Positions 37,771-51,626 of a stretch of 64,000 nt of DNA are shown in pieces (position 1 is the first letter of the stretch; every line of letters starts with the position of its first letter). The DNA lies in assembly GCF_963676685.1 (NCBI RefSeq), contig NC_092344.1, positions 6,076,001 through 6,140,000 on the forward strand, given 5' to 3'. The DNA comes from Mytilus edulis (taxonomy: Eukaryota). The notes under the pieces were generated by a model. The model made no database searches. It saw only the letters and a list, made by a program, of their open reading frames with translations, and was not told the origin of the DNA. The position numbers were made by a program, and so were the translations under genes.

Positions 37771-39879
37771 AATTTTCAAAAAAAGCGTAAAATATATATA
37801 TCTTCAACCGTGCAGTCATAAAATATTATAAATACTATAATTATGTACGTCTCAGTGAAAATATGTCAAATTCTCCCAACATAATAGAGTGCATTAACCC
37901 AATGAGAGTGCTCGGTTATATCAGACGTTCAGTGCACTGTTCTACATTTGATCGGTAGTACAAAGCATGTCTGTCTGTAGTCATTTATCTTAGTTTTTAA
38001 AGTTCAATTACACGCTACAATCAAGGAGATTAAATATAATGTAGAGTGAAGAGAAAGGTGTAGAAAAAATGGTACATGACTACATTTCGTATGATGTTTA
38101 ATACATGTTTATTGTAATCGATTATAAATTGTCATTTTTTTGTTGGTTTTTTTTTTTTTATTGTAAACTGATTTCATTTGAATATACAACTGTCTACATA
38201 AACAAAAGAAATTAAGGGAAAGGGTCTTGAAATATATCGTTACCCTGTATATTATGCTTATTTCGGTCAGGAATTCTCGCACCATTGTTTTTATATGCAG
38301 TCCAAAAACATATATACATATATGGAGAGCTTAAATAAACCCCCCATAAACAGTTCAAATAACACTCACAATCGACTCTGGCCAACCGAGAAAACCCTTT
38401 ATTTCTGTAAAATGTTAAAAATTTAACGAGCGCTATTTGCATTACGACAGATAATTATTGAAATGTTTTTCGGAGAAATTTCAATAATTCCACGTGTTTT
38501 CCCTGAAATATGAACTCTTTGGAAGGCTACGCATTTCCATTTAACAGTGCAACATGTTGTCAGTTCATCTTGTTTGGTGTGTTATCAATAATTCAATATT
38601 GCATGAGAACTCGGCCAAAATCCAACATCCTCAGGCGTAGATGATGTTATTCCATATAGCAGTTTGGTTTTGGTCTCGGTCAGTTCTCTACATACGCTAA
38701 GAGTATAGCCGGGGCCTTCCAAAATTTTGCAATGAAAGTCATTTTTGCGTTTATTTAGTGCGATACTTTGAGTTCAAAACAGGGAATTGCAATACGCAAT
38801 TGTGAACTCCAACTTAATATAGTCTATAAAAAAAATTAAAAAAGATAGACGCAAGTTAAATGATTTAACACTGTCAATGTGTCCAACAAAAAACCTTTCC
38901 TTTGCAAATTAATTGAAGGGATCTAGAAAATCTGAAAAAGTTGGAAAATGAGAAAAATAACTCATTATTGAAAACAGGGGACACATTTATTGTGTGTAAT
39001 GTGATGACCAAAAATAATCGACCCTCAATTTAGAAGACAATTAGCTAACAATAAAACATAAAAGATGTTTTTAAAGCTCACTTTATTTGCGTATTCATTT
39101 TAACAAACTTAGTTATGAGTCAATGTTTTACCAAAATTACATCTCTGAATAAGACATCTTGTAGCAAATTACCTTTTGATCAGGCTGTAAACTATCTGAC
39201 GAAATGTTTAAATGAGGCTATGTTTTAATGGGCAAAGTTAGAAGCTCTAACAAATACATATATATGCTAGACCCAATTTAAAAATATGACTTTTGATATC
39301 TGATAAATTTGTGTCCTGTGATAGTGCATCACAAAGAGGTTATTTAGTAGAATTATAATAACACATTTTGAAATTCGAATACAAGGGGCAAAAAGTAGTC
39401 ATAACTTTTCTTTTACATGTATCCATATTTCCTTGATAATTTAAGTGAACACATAAATAAGTTAAGATTTGGGGCTGAAATATCTTGTTTAATCACTCGC
39501 CATTAGAAATACCTGTTCCAATTAAGGAATAAAAATATTTATTCATTATTGTATACAAATATATATTAGGACATAATGATATAAATCCTCTTTGGGCTAA
39601 TGTACAATAATGTATGCAAACATTTAAATAAATTTGTAGGCGTCAATTTTTGTTATTATTTAAATTCGACTATATCACTCATACCTGTCTATACAAATAA
39701 CAGTTGTCGATTTTCTTTTTCTATGAATTTAATGACCCAAGCATCCGCATTGTAGTACTCGATATTAGGACTTTATAATGCAGTAAGTTTTATATAATCT
39801 TAAGCATTTAAACGCCTCTATCCGTCAAGTCCCAGGGTAAAAAAATCCTTGGAAATTATTAGTCACTAAAGGATGTCCA

Positions 39880-40237
39880 CTGCTAAAATGTTCCATGTTA
39901 GGGGGAGGGTTGGCGCCTCCAAACATGTTTAATTCAGTCAGAATTTATATGTGTTGTGCCAAGTCAGAAAAATGTAATTCAATGGTTGTCGTTTGTTGCT
40001 ATAAATTATATTTGTTTTTTGTTCATTGTATTTTACTTAAACCAGACCGTTAGTTTTTTTGTTTGAATTTTTTTATATATGTCATTCCGGGGTCTTTTAT
40101 AGTTGGAAATGATGTATTGTGTTTGCCCATTATTGAAGGCCGCATGGTGACCTTTATATTTCAACAGGTATGTCAATTGTTTTCTGATGGACAGTTATAT
40201 TATTTTCAATCATACCACATCTTCTAATTTTTATATT
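39880..40237 (+). repeat. SINE-like family A including the central core
   Basis: gggagggttggcgcc...ccaagtcag core followed by the family A tail. Confidence 0.8.
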
Positions 40238-40339
40238 AAACGTCTCGGTAAATAGCTTACACATAATAACAGTGAATAATCTACAGAAAATGTAGTCACT
40301 ACATAGTTATATATATCGTTGATGAGAATTTGGAAAGAT

Positions 40340-40485
40340 CTTTTCGTATGTTTTATCCTCAATCCTCTTCAACTTTGTTCTTTATTTTTCCTCTTATCTC
40401 TTTTTATTCGAGCGTCACTGCAGTCTTTTTTTTTAAGAAAAAGAATCGCGCGTCTGGCGTACGCAATGATAAGACTGTTATCTTT
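40340..40485 (+). mobile_element. Retrozyme family C fragment, ribozyme decayed
   Basis: cgagcgtcactg...cgcgcgtctggcgtac retained; core disrupted. Confidence 0.6.
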
Positions 40486-40634
40486 AACGTAGCACCTGTT
40501 TAGTGGGTTTCGTTTTGCTAAGTAATTGGTAATAATGTTTTGTAACGTTTACATTTTCTGGCATCAAACACGCGAAGTAATGAATGTGTTTTATAAATTT
40601 GATAAGATGCTTTTTTGTTAAATATTTGTTTGTT

Positions 40635-40945
40635 TTGAGATTGTGACACAGTGATGACTACTGTACCCATATTTTGACTATTTTACCTATTATGTTTGTT
40701 TTGTTCACACATCGTTGTAGAACTAACGGAATTTGTTGTGACTGTCATACAAGTGAGAGGTTTAGAGTTATAAAACCAAGTTCAATCCACCATTTTCTAC
40801 ATTTGAAAATGCCTGTACCAAGCCAGGAATATGACAGTTGTCCATTCGTTTGATGAGTTTGAATATTCGAGTTTGCCCTTTGATTAGGAACTTTCCGTTT
40901 TGAATTTTCCTCGGCGTTCAGTATTTTTGTGATTTGACTTTTTAT
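40635..40945 (+). repeat. SINE-like family B
   Basis: Aligns with 10578-11050; source of spurious ORF 40745..41035. Confidence 0.85.
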
Positions 40946-43629
40946 ATTTTTTGTGAAGTGTTTTGTGTTTTGTCTTTTCGTTGTATGTCTATTTTTTGCC
41001 GTTGCATTGCCATTTTTCTTTTGTCGAATATCCATCTGGTATCTATCGCCTCTCTTTTATATCCGAATTACTTCTTCGTGCCTTCTTTAGTTCAGACCTT
41101 TGATACTTTTTAACAAGGTCAACGGAAACTATCAGCCATCAACTGTTGATTATAAAAGCATAATTTGTTAGATATTACTAATGAAACATAACAATATGAC
41201 ATACGACCTTGATGAGCTTGTTGACTATAACGCAGTATATCTATTTTTGCGTTTTTGCATAACAAAACGGGATTCTATCCTATAAATACATGGCACATGT
41301 AAGTCTACTTATGGATCATGCCTGCAGATACGATAATTGTATTGTTGAATTAAATATACAATTATTACTTAACATAACTGAACTTATAACGCAAAAAGGG
41401 TTTAGACTAATGGTATGGTCGTGATGTTGCAGGGAAATCAATACAGAGGTTTTTTTTTTAAATTACATTATGTGAATAAAAGAAGATTTTTGAGAAATGT
41501 CAATGACAAAAAAACATACTTTGAGAGGGTAACATACGAACAATATGTTGAGCTGTAAATTCATTCCGTTGGTTGACATAGTCTTACGTTTGGTCTTGTC
41601 AAATTTTATGAACTACTTCCTTTTAAAGTTTACTTTGAATATCGTTAATTTTTTTTATTGTTTTGACGTATGCTTCACTGACAAGTTTTGATGATGAATC
41701 CATTACGTAAAAACATATATAAGATATTAACTCTGCTCGTCAAGTTTTCAAGAGTTGACTGGAACATAGAAATAATGCCATTATCCGACTTCTTCATACA
41801 AGCAGTACATTCAGTTGGCAGAGGGGGGGATTCAAATACGCAGTCAATTCTGGTCGGAGTGTGGGGACGTTAAAGCGAGATAGCTATTCCTATGCATATG
41901 AGGTTAAGATGGAAGGCTCTCTGCACACCAAAGAACCATTAAAAGAACTGCTTGAGGGTTCTGTAGTTTCTGTCCTCTATCACAGTCTACCACCTTATTG
42001 GATATACAAAAATATATTGCTAATTTGTGCTCGTTTTGATGCACTGGAATTAGACAAACGACAATCAATCATCATTTTGAAAATAGATTAAACGATTACT
42101 TTTTTGCTATACTTTACATTTTAAATGTTTAAAAGACACAATTAAAGAAGCGAAACGATAAAAGACACTCCTTTTCATGATGAACTATATAGGTTCCCTT
42201 TGGGTCATTTATTTACAATTACATCCCATACCCAGTAAGTCTCTTTATCTAGTTATCATAACGTATTTAAAGTTAATCGGATGGTTGCATTGTGACTTTA
42301 AAGTCGGTAATCCATCATTATTTGGAATAAGTATGATGAAATGTGACCTGACCGTCTGACCTTACACTGTCTGACCTTACACAGTGGTCAGTTTATTCAG
42401 TAAGTAAGATTATCTTAGTACACGCATATTATTGGATCATCATTGAAAATAGTTTAATTCAAATATTATTTAATAGATAACCGTTATTTTCCATAGAGAA
42501 CCCTTTGTAGTCCAACTCCGTACAATGATACAGACATACAGTATTTGTAATATTGATAATAATAATTAAACAAATACATACAAAAAAACGCATAGAATAA
42601 AATATATTATAAATTATAGTGATTAGTTAATAATATAATCATATGTATATTATTTTAATGCTCAATTTACTAGAAGCAGTCAGCATCATATCCATGAATT
42701 TTCCTGGGAGTTTGGTGTTTTTGTTATTTTACTTTATACATTCTTTTCTGATATTTTTCATTCGATTTTGAGGAGAAATTTTAAATCTACGATGTTTGGA
42801 TTCAATTAGGCGGCTTGTATTTGGGGCAAAAACAGCAGTGGACGTGTTCGGCGACCAAGGGGAAACAATTTAGAAGGCCGCAACGTAATAGGAATGTTAA
42901 GACGTATTAATCTGCATGCAACTCAGTATAATCAAATACAGGAAATGTGCATTGGAAGTTATAAATATATATGAACACTGTAAAGGTACGTGCCTTTCTG
43001 ACCATGATATTGCAAGTCGTCCAGTATAAAGAACAAAAACTAGTAGTGTGATTTACTATGAAAATTGTATTTTTATGTTCTTCTTAAAATATAGGCTTAA
43101 AAAAACTTTGATTCAAATTTTAACTTCCTATAACATTGGACAGTGACAGCAATAAAATGTCGAAATTAGTTGGAAAAGGGTTGAAAAAATCTTACCAGTA
43201 CCAAGAACAAAGAAATACAATAGATACAAAAATTTCGCACAAAAACAAAAAAGAAGAAAAATACACATTTTACATCTAAGAATTCCTTGTAGTCGAATTT
43301 ATCTTATCAAAGTATCAATGTGCACATACATAATACTCATTTTACAAATGGACAAGAAACAAAAGGCAAGATCAGGCGGGTGTAATTGAGTATGATATCA
43401 TAGTGATTCTCGTTTCTAGTTTTTTATATAAATTAGACCGTTGGTTTTCCTGTTCAAATGGTTTACACTAGTCATTATTTGGGGTAATTTGTAGCTTGTT
43501 CGGTGTGAGATCAGGCTCCGTTTTAAGACCGCTCTTTCACCTATAATGGTTATCCTACGCACAATACAAATACGATTGCAAGAACAACGTATATATAAAG
43601 TTGTTCTGTTCTATATGGTCACTTGATGA

Positions 43630-44000
43630 TGATTGTTATTCGTATTGGGTCCAGTGGCAAATATTTCCTGCATGATTATAAAGACAACTAATTATCAATT
43701 AAAACTATAGGTAAGTCTAGTTATATGGGGAAGACAGTAATGCAGTGAAGGAAATTTTGGATATGGACAGACATTTAGCCTTGTAACAGACTATATACAA
43801 ACTTCTCATAGAGTTGTTACAATGTCTCTTTTAACATGCAATTAAAATTTAATTCTCTCTTAACGAGGCACTGGATTTAACGTCCATATTTCAACCTGAC
43901 GCGACTGCGTATTTGTATATCCTGAACAACCAAACGGACGACCCACTATGGCAAGAGTTTCACTGCTTGTCGGAAGAAGACCAAAAGTTACCATATCTCT
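43630..44000 (-). repeat. SINE-like family H, whose copies carry a (CAAT)n-type tail and GGACGTTAAA domain (Deu/Nin-like, inferred)
   Basis: Related pieces at 2140-2900 (two inverted), 3170-3750 (two inverted), 6362-6620, 41800-42072 and 52578-52640. Confidence 0.65.
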
Positions 44001-44812
44001 ATACCGCAGTCACAAACTGTGTTCCCTTTGATAAAGTTTTTTTTTATCTACAAAGCAATGAGGCATTTCATTATTAAGCTTGTAATTAACATAGCATGTT
44101 TTAATCACCATTTAGGTCAAGATAAATGTTAAGTAGTCGAATGAAGGAAATATTTAATAGATGCTATCTGAAAAATACGTGCACTTCTTAACATGAAAAC
44201 TTAAAGTTAATAAAAAAATCTGGCATCAAGGGTCAGTCAAATGTTAAGTAGTTAAGAAATAGTAGAACTTTGCATCATAATAAATGTATATATATACCAA
44301 TTTATTATACTTTAGTCCAAATTCCCCACTTGTTATATAATTATTAGTTAATTGGTGACTACTTTAATGTTTGACTTTACTCAATTCAACTTTGATTTTT
44401 TCAAACTATCAAACTTGAGTATTGTGTAAACAAATAACACTTGTTTTATAATAATTAAAATGCTTATTACAATGCTTATTAAAACAGCGCCTGGTGATGT
44501 TTCATAGCTTGTATTTTTTCTATCAATCAGGGTCAAAGGAGATGAAATTTCTACTTTAAAATGGTTCTTAGAGTCGAATTAATATTTCAAACTTAATGAA
44601 TAGCCCAGAATATATTACTGTGCCACGTACGCATTACAGAGCCAAACATAAATTACATTACCAAGCCTTTACCTTGATAAAAATAATTTTATCGAAAAAT
44701 ATTCTCCAATTAACCTGTTGATTGACTATTGGATTCATACATGTATATGGTTTTATGGTAGAGGGAAGACAACTCTACTGTTAAAGTGGTGTATTGCATA
44801 TAGTATTATATA

Positions 44813-45686
44813 CTAGTCAACAAAAGAAACGATACACGACTTTGAAATAAAATTTATCAAAAAGTATTAAATATAAAACAAAATGAGATACACTATTTTA
44901 AAAAGCTTTCATTTGCAATGTATGCACATGTGATAATGAAAATCAAAACTTGTCGGAAAGTATCTGAATTCCGTGTAAACGATTATAGGGTGCAAATTAG
45001 TGTTGCGGAATGTTGAATAAAAAATCGACACGTAATTTTCTACGTACTAAATAAAATTTCAAATTTGTTTAAAAGTATTCAATATGCTAATCAAGTTATG
45101 TTTCATGTTGTAACTAATGGGTTGAAATATTGTTTTTTCAAATTTTTGGGAAAAAAAGTGGGTTTTTTAAATCTCAAAAAATGCAAATTTTTTTTTTTTA
45201 ATTTTTGTCTCAAATCAATGCTTTAGATATGAAAACAACACACAGTAAATTTGGAACCTTTCGGATAAGTTTTAAGATTGTTACCGCTTTTTGAATATCA
45301 CTTCACACATACTGTCTATGGTAAATCAGTTGATAATGTATACATTTTAACGATTTTTTTGTGGGGTCGAACTTTGCTTAACAAATAAACGAAGAAACTG
45401 TATGATTTTTAAAAACAAATTGATGGCAAACATTGTCTTTACCTTTAAATGAGAGGGTGGCATCATTTGTTGGAACTTCTGTTTTTCAAATTGTCGTTTT
45501 ATGTAAATTTTGTAAAAAAAAAAAAATCGCCAAAAAACGAGACGAAAGCCAAAAAAATATTGTTTTTAAACGGATTTATATTTCCATAATGATTAAGTAT
45601 TACCATCTTCAATATTGGTCCTATAAACGGAAAACTTTATCTTTAATTTGAAAAAAAAGTCTTGTATCGTTTCTTTTGTTGACTAG
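44813..45686. mobile_element. 874-bp non-autonomous TIR element, TA TSD (Tc1/mariner-like)
   Basis: TIR CTAGTCAACAAAAGAAACGATACA at both ends, flanked by TA. Confidence 0.88.
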
Positions 45687-45692
45687 TATATA

Positions 45693-46050
45693 CAATTACT
45701 GTCTTTTGATGAGGTAAATATGCGGTTTTATTGACTTTTGAAAAAAATATATTCACTGAGGCCGACGGCCGAAGTGAATATCAGTTTTTCAAAAGTCAAT
45801 TAAACCCCATATTTACCGAAACAAAAGACAGTAATTGTTTTATTCCATATTCCGAGCGAAAATCATGTATTAAAAATGTCAAACATATACCAAAACAAAT
45901 TGTACATGAAACATTTTACCATAACGTTGCAGGTAAAAGCGCGTGACGTTTATCGCGGTGAATAACACTTTCTTAGGTGAATATTCTTTTTTATTCAAAA
46001 TCAAATTCATATAGAGAAACCTACTAAAATAATACCAATATGAAATAATA
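45693..46050. mobile_element. Palindrome-headed non-autonomous element (Crypton-like design)
   Basis: About 145-bp inverted repeat 45693-45838 centred on gaggccgacggccgaa, followed by a unique arm. Class assignment is inference. Confidence 0.55.
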
Positions 46051-46064
46051 TTATATTATTCATT

Positions 46065-46290
46065 CAGCCAACAGCAGTATACCGCCGTTCAAAAGTCATA
46101 AATCGATTGAGAGAAAACAAATACGGGTTATAAAATAAAACCGAGGGAAACACATCAACTATAAGAGGAAAACAACAGAACAATAGAAACACTGAAGTGC
46201 AGCAAAAAAAAAACGACAATGCAACATACATAGAAACGATCAATAAGATAACAACTGCCATTTTCCTGACTTGTTACAGGGTTGTTTTTT
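46065..46290 (-). repeat. SINE-like family E fragment
   Basis: Aligns with 56905-57140. Confidence 0.85.
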
Positions 46291-48758
46291 TTAACATTTG
46301 TTTATTTAAAAATGTGCTCTTGATGACTTTTGCATTTAGATAACTAAACTGTGTTCATTAGTACCATCCACGAGGAGGATTTGAAACATTAAAGCTTATT
46401 TCGTAATGGATATGATGCTGCTTAGGTTGCATTGTAAACGAACACTGAACATTTGATTTATATGGTTGCATTGTTTTCTCTTATATTCTTTTTTAGCTGT
46501 TTTTTCTTCTTTTTCTTTATACTGATTTTTCCCATAATGTGTCCTCTATTAGAAATAAAATTTATCTTACCTTACCGTATTATACATTTTACTTGTGCAA
46601 TACAAGTATAATACGTAAATTAAGTCTACGTGTTCGTCATAGCAAGAATGACAGTGCGTTCACTTGAAAATGGATTCCATTGATTTACATAGATCCAACT
46701 TGGTCTTTCCCTCTACGTCAGGATTTAGTTTTGTCCAAGACGAAGAGATGGAAGAACATTAGGTTGTCACACTTCTGTCTGTTCACATTTCAGACCTAAA
46801 AGCCTTACAGCAAAGCCGTGATTTTCTTATTTATTGCGCTTTATTAACTTCTAATGATGTATGATTATCTATCATTGCTCAGTATTTTCATTCAGAATTA
46901 TCAATACTTAAAAGGAGCTATGACAAGGACATTATTTTGGCCACTTGCTTTGGAAAATGAAAAAAGATAAATCATTCAAAATCATAAAATCTGAGTCTCT
47001 CATAAACCGACACTTTTTTTGTTTATTTCTCTATTAAAGTGCTTTTAATTGTGTTTAAATAATAAATCAAAACATGCCAGAATAACCTTAATTTGAGGTC
47101 AGGCCATTAATACCTAGATATAACCCACAAGCACTACCTATATACCTTAAAATACTAACTTAAAGGTGCTTGTATAAGATTTTGTTTAGGTCAAATATGT
47201 AACTTTCGACATGTGCAAGACATCATCGTGATAGACGACATACCTTTTTGAACTGAACTGTTTGTATTATATCACACTATTTGTTTACCAATAAAATCAA
47301 ACATGCACATATTTTTAAAAGATTTAAAATGTTACTATTTCGTCAATTTTAATACGCAAAATGTTTACTCAATAGTTATTGAGTTAAAGGGCATCATCGT
47401 GCTAAAGTAAACGGTATGATGAAATTAGTATATTACATATTTATAACAGGTCTCTTATCTAAGTATGAAGACCTTTACAGTTGATAAACTGTTATATTAT
47501 ATAGGTCTTCTATTCAACATATATAGTTCGAAGTTGGTAAATTGTAAGGATATCCTGCATGTTAAAGTACTAAAGAAAACTTAATTAATATTGAGTCAAT
47601 TTTATGTTTCTTACTTATAACAGTTGATCAGTTTGTTTTTTGTTATCTTATTCACATGTATATCCACGTGTTTTTTTGTTTATTTATTTTGATAAACATT
47701 TATAATTGGTCTGCATTTGACCCCTAATTTGTGATAAATTTTGCATTTAAAGTCATATGAAACGAAATTTTGACGAAATTTTAATAACAAATGCATGCAT
47801 TTTTATTACTAAAGTCTTTCATGCAAGACAAATAAGTGAATCGAAAGAGCCATGCCATTTGTTTTTTTTTTATATATTTTCCATGCTTTCCCATATGTTA
47901 ATTAAACTTTAATAGTTCCTTAACAGTTGTTAATGATTTTTTGTATCAAATGTGCTCTTTTAGAATATGGCAAAGTGTTCACATTCTTTCATCACTTTCT
48001 TTCATTCCCCTCGCATTTGGTCTGTGCAGTGACCGAAGTTATAACTAGAGGTCTCGTAGTTAGATGTACTGTATATGTCAAGGAATTATCTATTTTTATG
48101 TTTTTCTATCACATTATTTGTGTATGTAAAACTATAGAGTTGAAATGGAGGGATTTACCAATATTATCCTTGTTTGGCAACAACAAAAATAAAACGCAAG
48201 ACAAGACAAGACAATACTTAAACAAAATGTCATATGAAAATAAGTGTAAGTCGTATTTCAGTATTTCAGTAAAATTCATGACTAATACTAGTATTAGAAG
48301 TATAGTTGATGGCTCAAACGACGTCCGTTATTCAAAATGGAGCGAACCATAATACGTCATTTTTAAGTAAACATATCATTATTTTTTTCCTTCATTTTGG
48401 ACGATAACATGCTAATTAAAAATAAATATGTAACGCTGAGTAACGATTTCGTAACGTTATAGTTCACAAGGTACATTCGTAGGAACTCTTATGGCCCACT
48501 CGTGTATCGAGCTCATGACCTGTTAGCTGCTTTCAAGGTTATAACACTGAATGGTTGTCAATTTAGTATTCATATGTTATAGTTGTTAAAAAAAGTGACA
48601 AGATCATAAACACAAACCGAGTAAAACATTGTAAACATAGTGCCAGCCAGGGGAAACGACAAAATAAAAGTAATCTGGATACAATCGGATTTTGTGTTCG
48701 AAAAAAGTAATGTCCAAATTATATGGTGAATCTTAATATTTTACTCGTATCAATGTTT

Positions 48759-48869
48759 TAAAGGAGTATGTTCGGTAAGGTCCTAAAATGGCCCCCATTT
48801 TTAGCGTCAATTTCAAATTCAGATTTATTGACCAATATCACAATATATTATAGCCGAACTTACTCCTTT
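48759..48869. mobile_element. Short TIR remnant (Kolobok-like TTAA-AGG end)
   Basis: aaaggagtatgttcgg ... ccgaacttactccttt. Confidence 0.45.
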
Positions 48870-49199
48870 GCTCTAGTTGTTGTTGTTGTTTTATCGGAAC
48901 GGAATGCTGTCTCTTAAGTCGTACTCAGAGTCAGGTTCGATATTATGAAACGTCATGTTTTAATGATTAAAGCTGAACAAAACAAAAACACAAAGATCAA
49001 TGCATGCATAAAAATAAATATTTCAAATGTTCTTGTGTCGAATAGTGTAGACTCCGATCGAACGTGACATGACATTGAAATATAACGTCTATTACATAGA
49101 GAATAACATTTTCGGATCTTGATTTTAGACGTTTTTTTCTCAGATTTCAAGAACCGCATTCGATTAGAGATTAGTCGTCGATCTGAGTCTTGCATATAA

Positions 49200-49395
49200 G
49201 AATATAGGAATATAGCAGTTGTTATCTAAAAGTTCGTTTCTATGTATGTTACATCGGGTTTTTTATGTTCTACTTCGGTGTTTCTTTTTCACTTATAGTT
49301 GATATGTTCCTCTCGGTTTTAGTTTGTAACCCGCATTTGTTTTCTCTTAATCGATTATGTCTTTTGAATAGCGGTATACTACTCTTGCCTTCATA
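49200..49395 (+). repeat. SINE-like family E fragment
   Basis: Aligns with 33265-33455. Confidence 0.8.
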
Positions 49396-51626
49396 TATAT
49401 TTCGATCTTGTTTTTTAAGCATAGTATCTAGAAATACCTTAAAACTATACATATAAGTCATACATTTGTAAATTAAGTTATAAAACAAAATTTAAAAAAA
49501 TGTTTTGAAAGAAAAAAATATCAAACAACGTTGTCTAATTATTACGCCGCTCTGTGTATGAACATAGAATCCATCTATCGATTACTTCCAGACAGTAGCA
49601 TGACAATGAATCAGATCTTAGTCAAAGTCATCTGATGCTTTAATCAGTATTCGAAGGTTAACGGTTTTATCGATGCCATTATTGATGATTAAGAAGCTTG
49701 AATACAGATTTTTAAAACCGGAGTTGCAAAATTTCCAAACCTTATTTCATCGTCAAATGATTTTATCGTTACTTGAGTGCATAAAAAAGACGTATGGTAA
49801 AATCCAGACCAACTAATTACTTACATGCATGTAATACTCAATTATAGAAGCGGACATTAAGTTTAATATCTGAGGTAAAGTGCTATAGATTTGAAGCAAT
49901 GGTAATCCTAAACAGTAAAGAATAATGAATCAAATGTTTTAACATATAATAGCTAAACAGATTAGGTGTCGATCGTAAATGATGAAGATTATTCCAGTTA
50001 TACGTGTAAATCATCCAGATATCGGTACCATGCATTTATATAACTATGACAGCTACCCACTTAACACATAACGTTCAAAGAACGTTGTGGATTGGTTCAT
50101 GTAAGGTTATTTCGGACCTTAACGTTACACGAACGTTGTGAGTACGTTAAAATGAAACGTTGCAATTCAACGTTCTAGGAACGTTTCGTTTTAACGTTGT
50201 CTGGAAGTTTCAGTTTGGTTATGTTACAAATGATACGTTGTAGAAACGTTTAATATTAGTTACTTGTTAACGTCACTTGACTAACATTCTTAAAACGTTC
50301 GAACTATGTTCCTCATTTTTTTAGAAAAAATAATCTTTCCCAAAAAAATAAAAAATTATTAAATTAAAAGCAAAAAATGCAAGTAAGATGTTTGCCATCT
50401 TGCATGTTAATCAAACCTTTATTTTGTTTAAGAAAGTCAATGCTGATAGTTTTTAAAACCGACACTGTATTAAGAAAAAAATTACTTTTTTTTACTTAAA
50501 CATATAGATTGCCCAATTAAAAGTTAAAATTCATTATTCTCATTATTTGTTATAACTTTTTTCATTCAACTTTAATTTGTGAAACATAATTAGCAATTAT
50601 ATACAGAATGATATTTGATACAGCCATTATGTTAATCAAGCATATTCTGATAAGGTTGACCTAAAGATGTTGACCAGATGTTAGACACATTTCAAAGATA
50701 GTTGCTATGGCAATTAAGGTTATAGGAAATCTAAGTGTAATGGGATAGTCACTTTTGAGACTATTTCCTGTCGTGTATTTGTAAGAAAGCAGTGATAACA
50801 AAGAAAACAAAAGAGAAAATCGCAGCATCTAAAGAGAAAGAAACATGTAAGTAAATTGTTACTTTAAAAATACTGATATACGTATATGATTATTAATGAC
50901 AAATAAAACATGTTTTTTAATCACAAATAAAACATATTTTATTTCTGAAATCTTTGTTAAATGTGAAGATTGCATTTATAACCATTATCAATGGAAAAGT
51001 GTATTTTAGAATTTTCCTTGTTACATACTGTTTCAGAATGTTGTTTAATTATTTTTAGTTTATACAAATTGGACAAAATGCGCAATAGATTACTTTAAGT
51101 TAGTAACATAATAACCATCCTTAATGCCACATCGGATTCGTAATTTGCAAATATATATGCATAATTAAAATGTTAAATATTATAATACCGATAATGTTGG
51201 TGTATTTAGATTCGACTTCGTATTTTTTTCACTATAATTATTCATTTATTTAGAAAATTATTTTACACGGTTCTGTTTCCTGTATCCATATCTACCCTCA
51301 ATTTTCCGGCTTAACTTAGCTAGCACAGTGAAGTCTAACAATCTAAATAGATGTTGGAAAATGTGGTATGAGTGCCTTATCCCTATGGCATCGCCTTGTA
51401 TAGTCTAGATTAGTTTTAAACAAGAGTCTTTTAGGATTTATTTTATTCGTAAGAAGTATACATTGAGTACTCATTTGTTCATTACTTTATTACAGGGGCA
51501 GTGACATAATTTTTATGAAGATTTGCTATACTGGATAAGAATTAAACATAAGACGGATTCAGAAATAGTGCCAAAAGAAAGTGTTGCAGAAAACAAAAGG
51601 AACACTTGTGAATACAAACCATGTTA

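Noticed and set aside
37963-37972. Full p53 response element for GADD45
   Set aside because: Only one decamer half site; the neighbouring decamers do not match.
47927-48352. 141-aa ORF
   Set aside because: Non-ATG start, low-complexity AT-rich composition, no recognisable motif or exon context.
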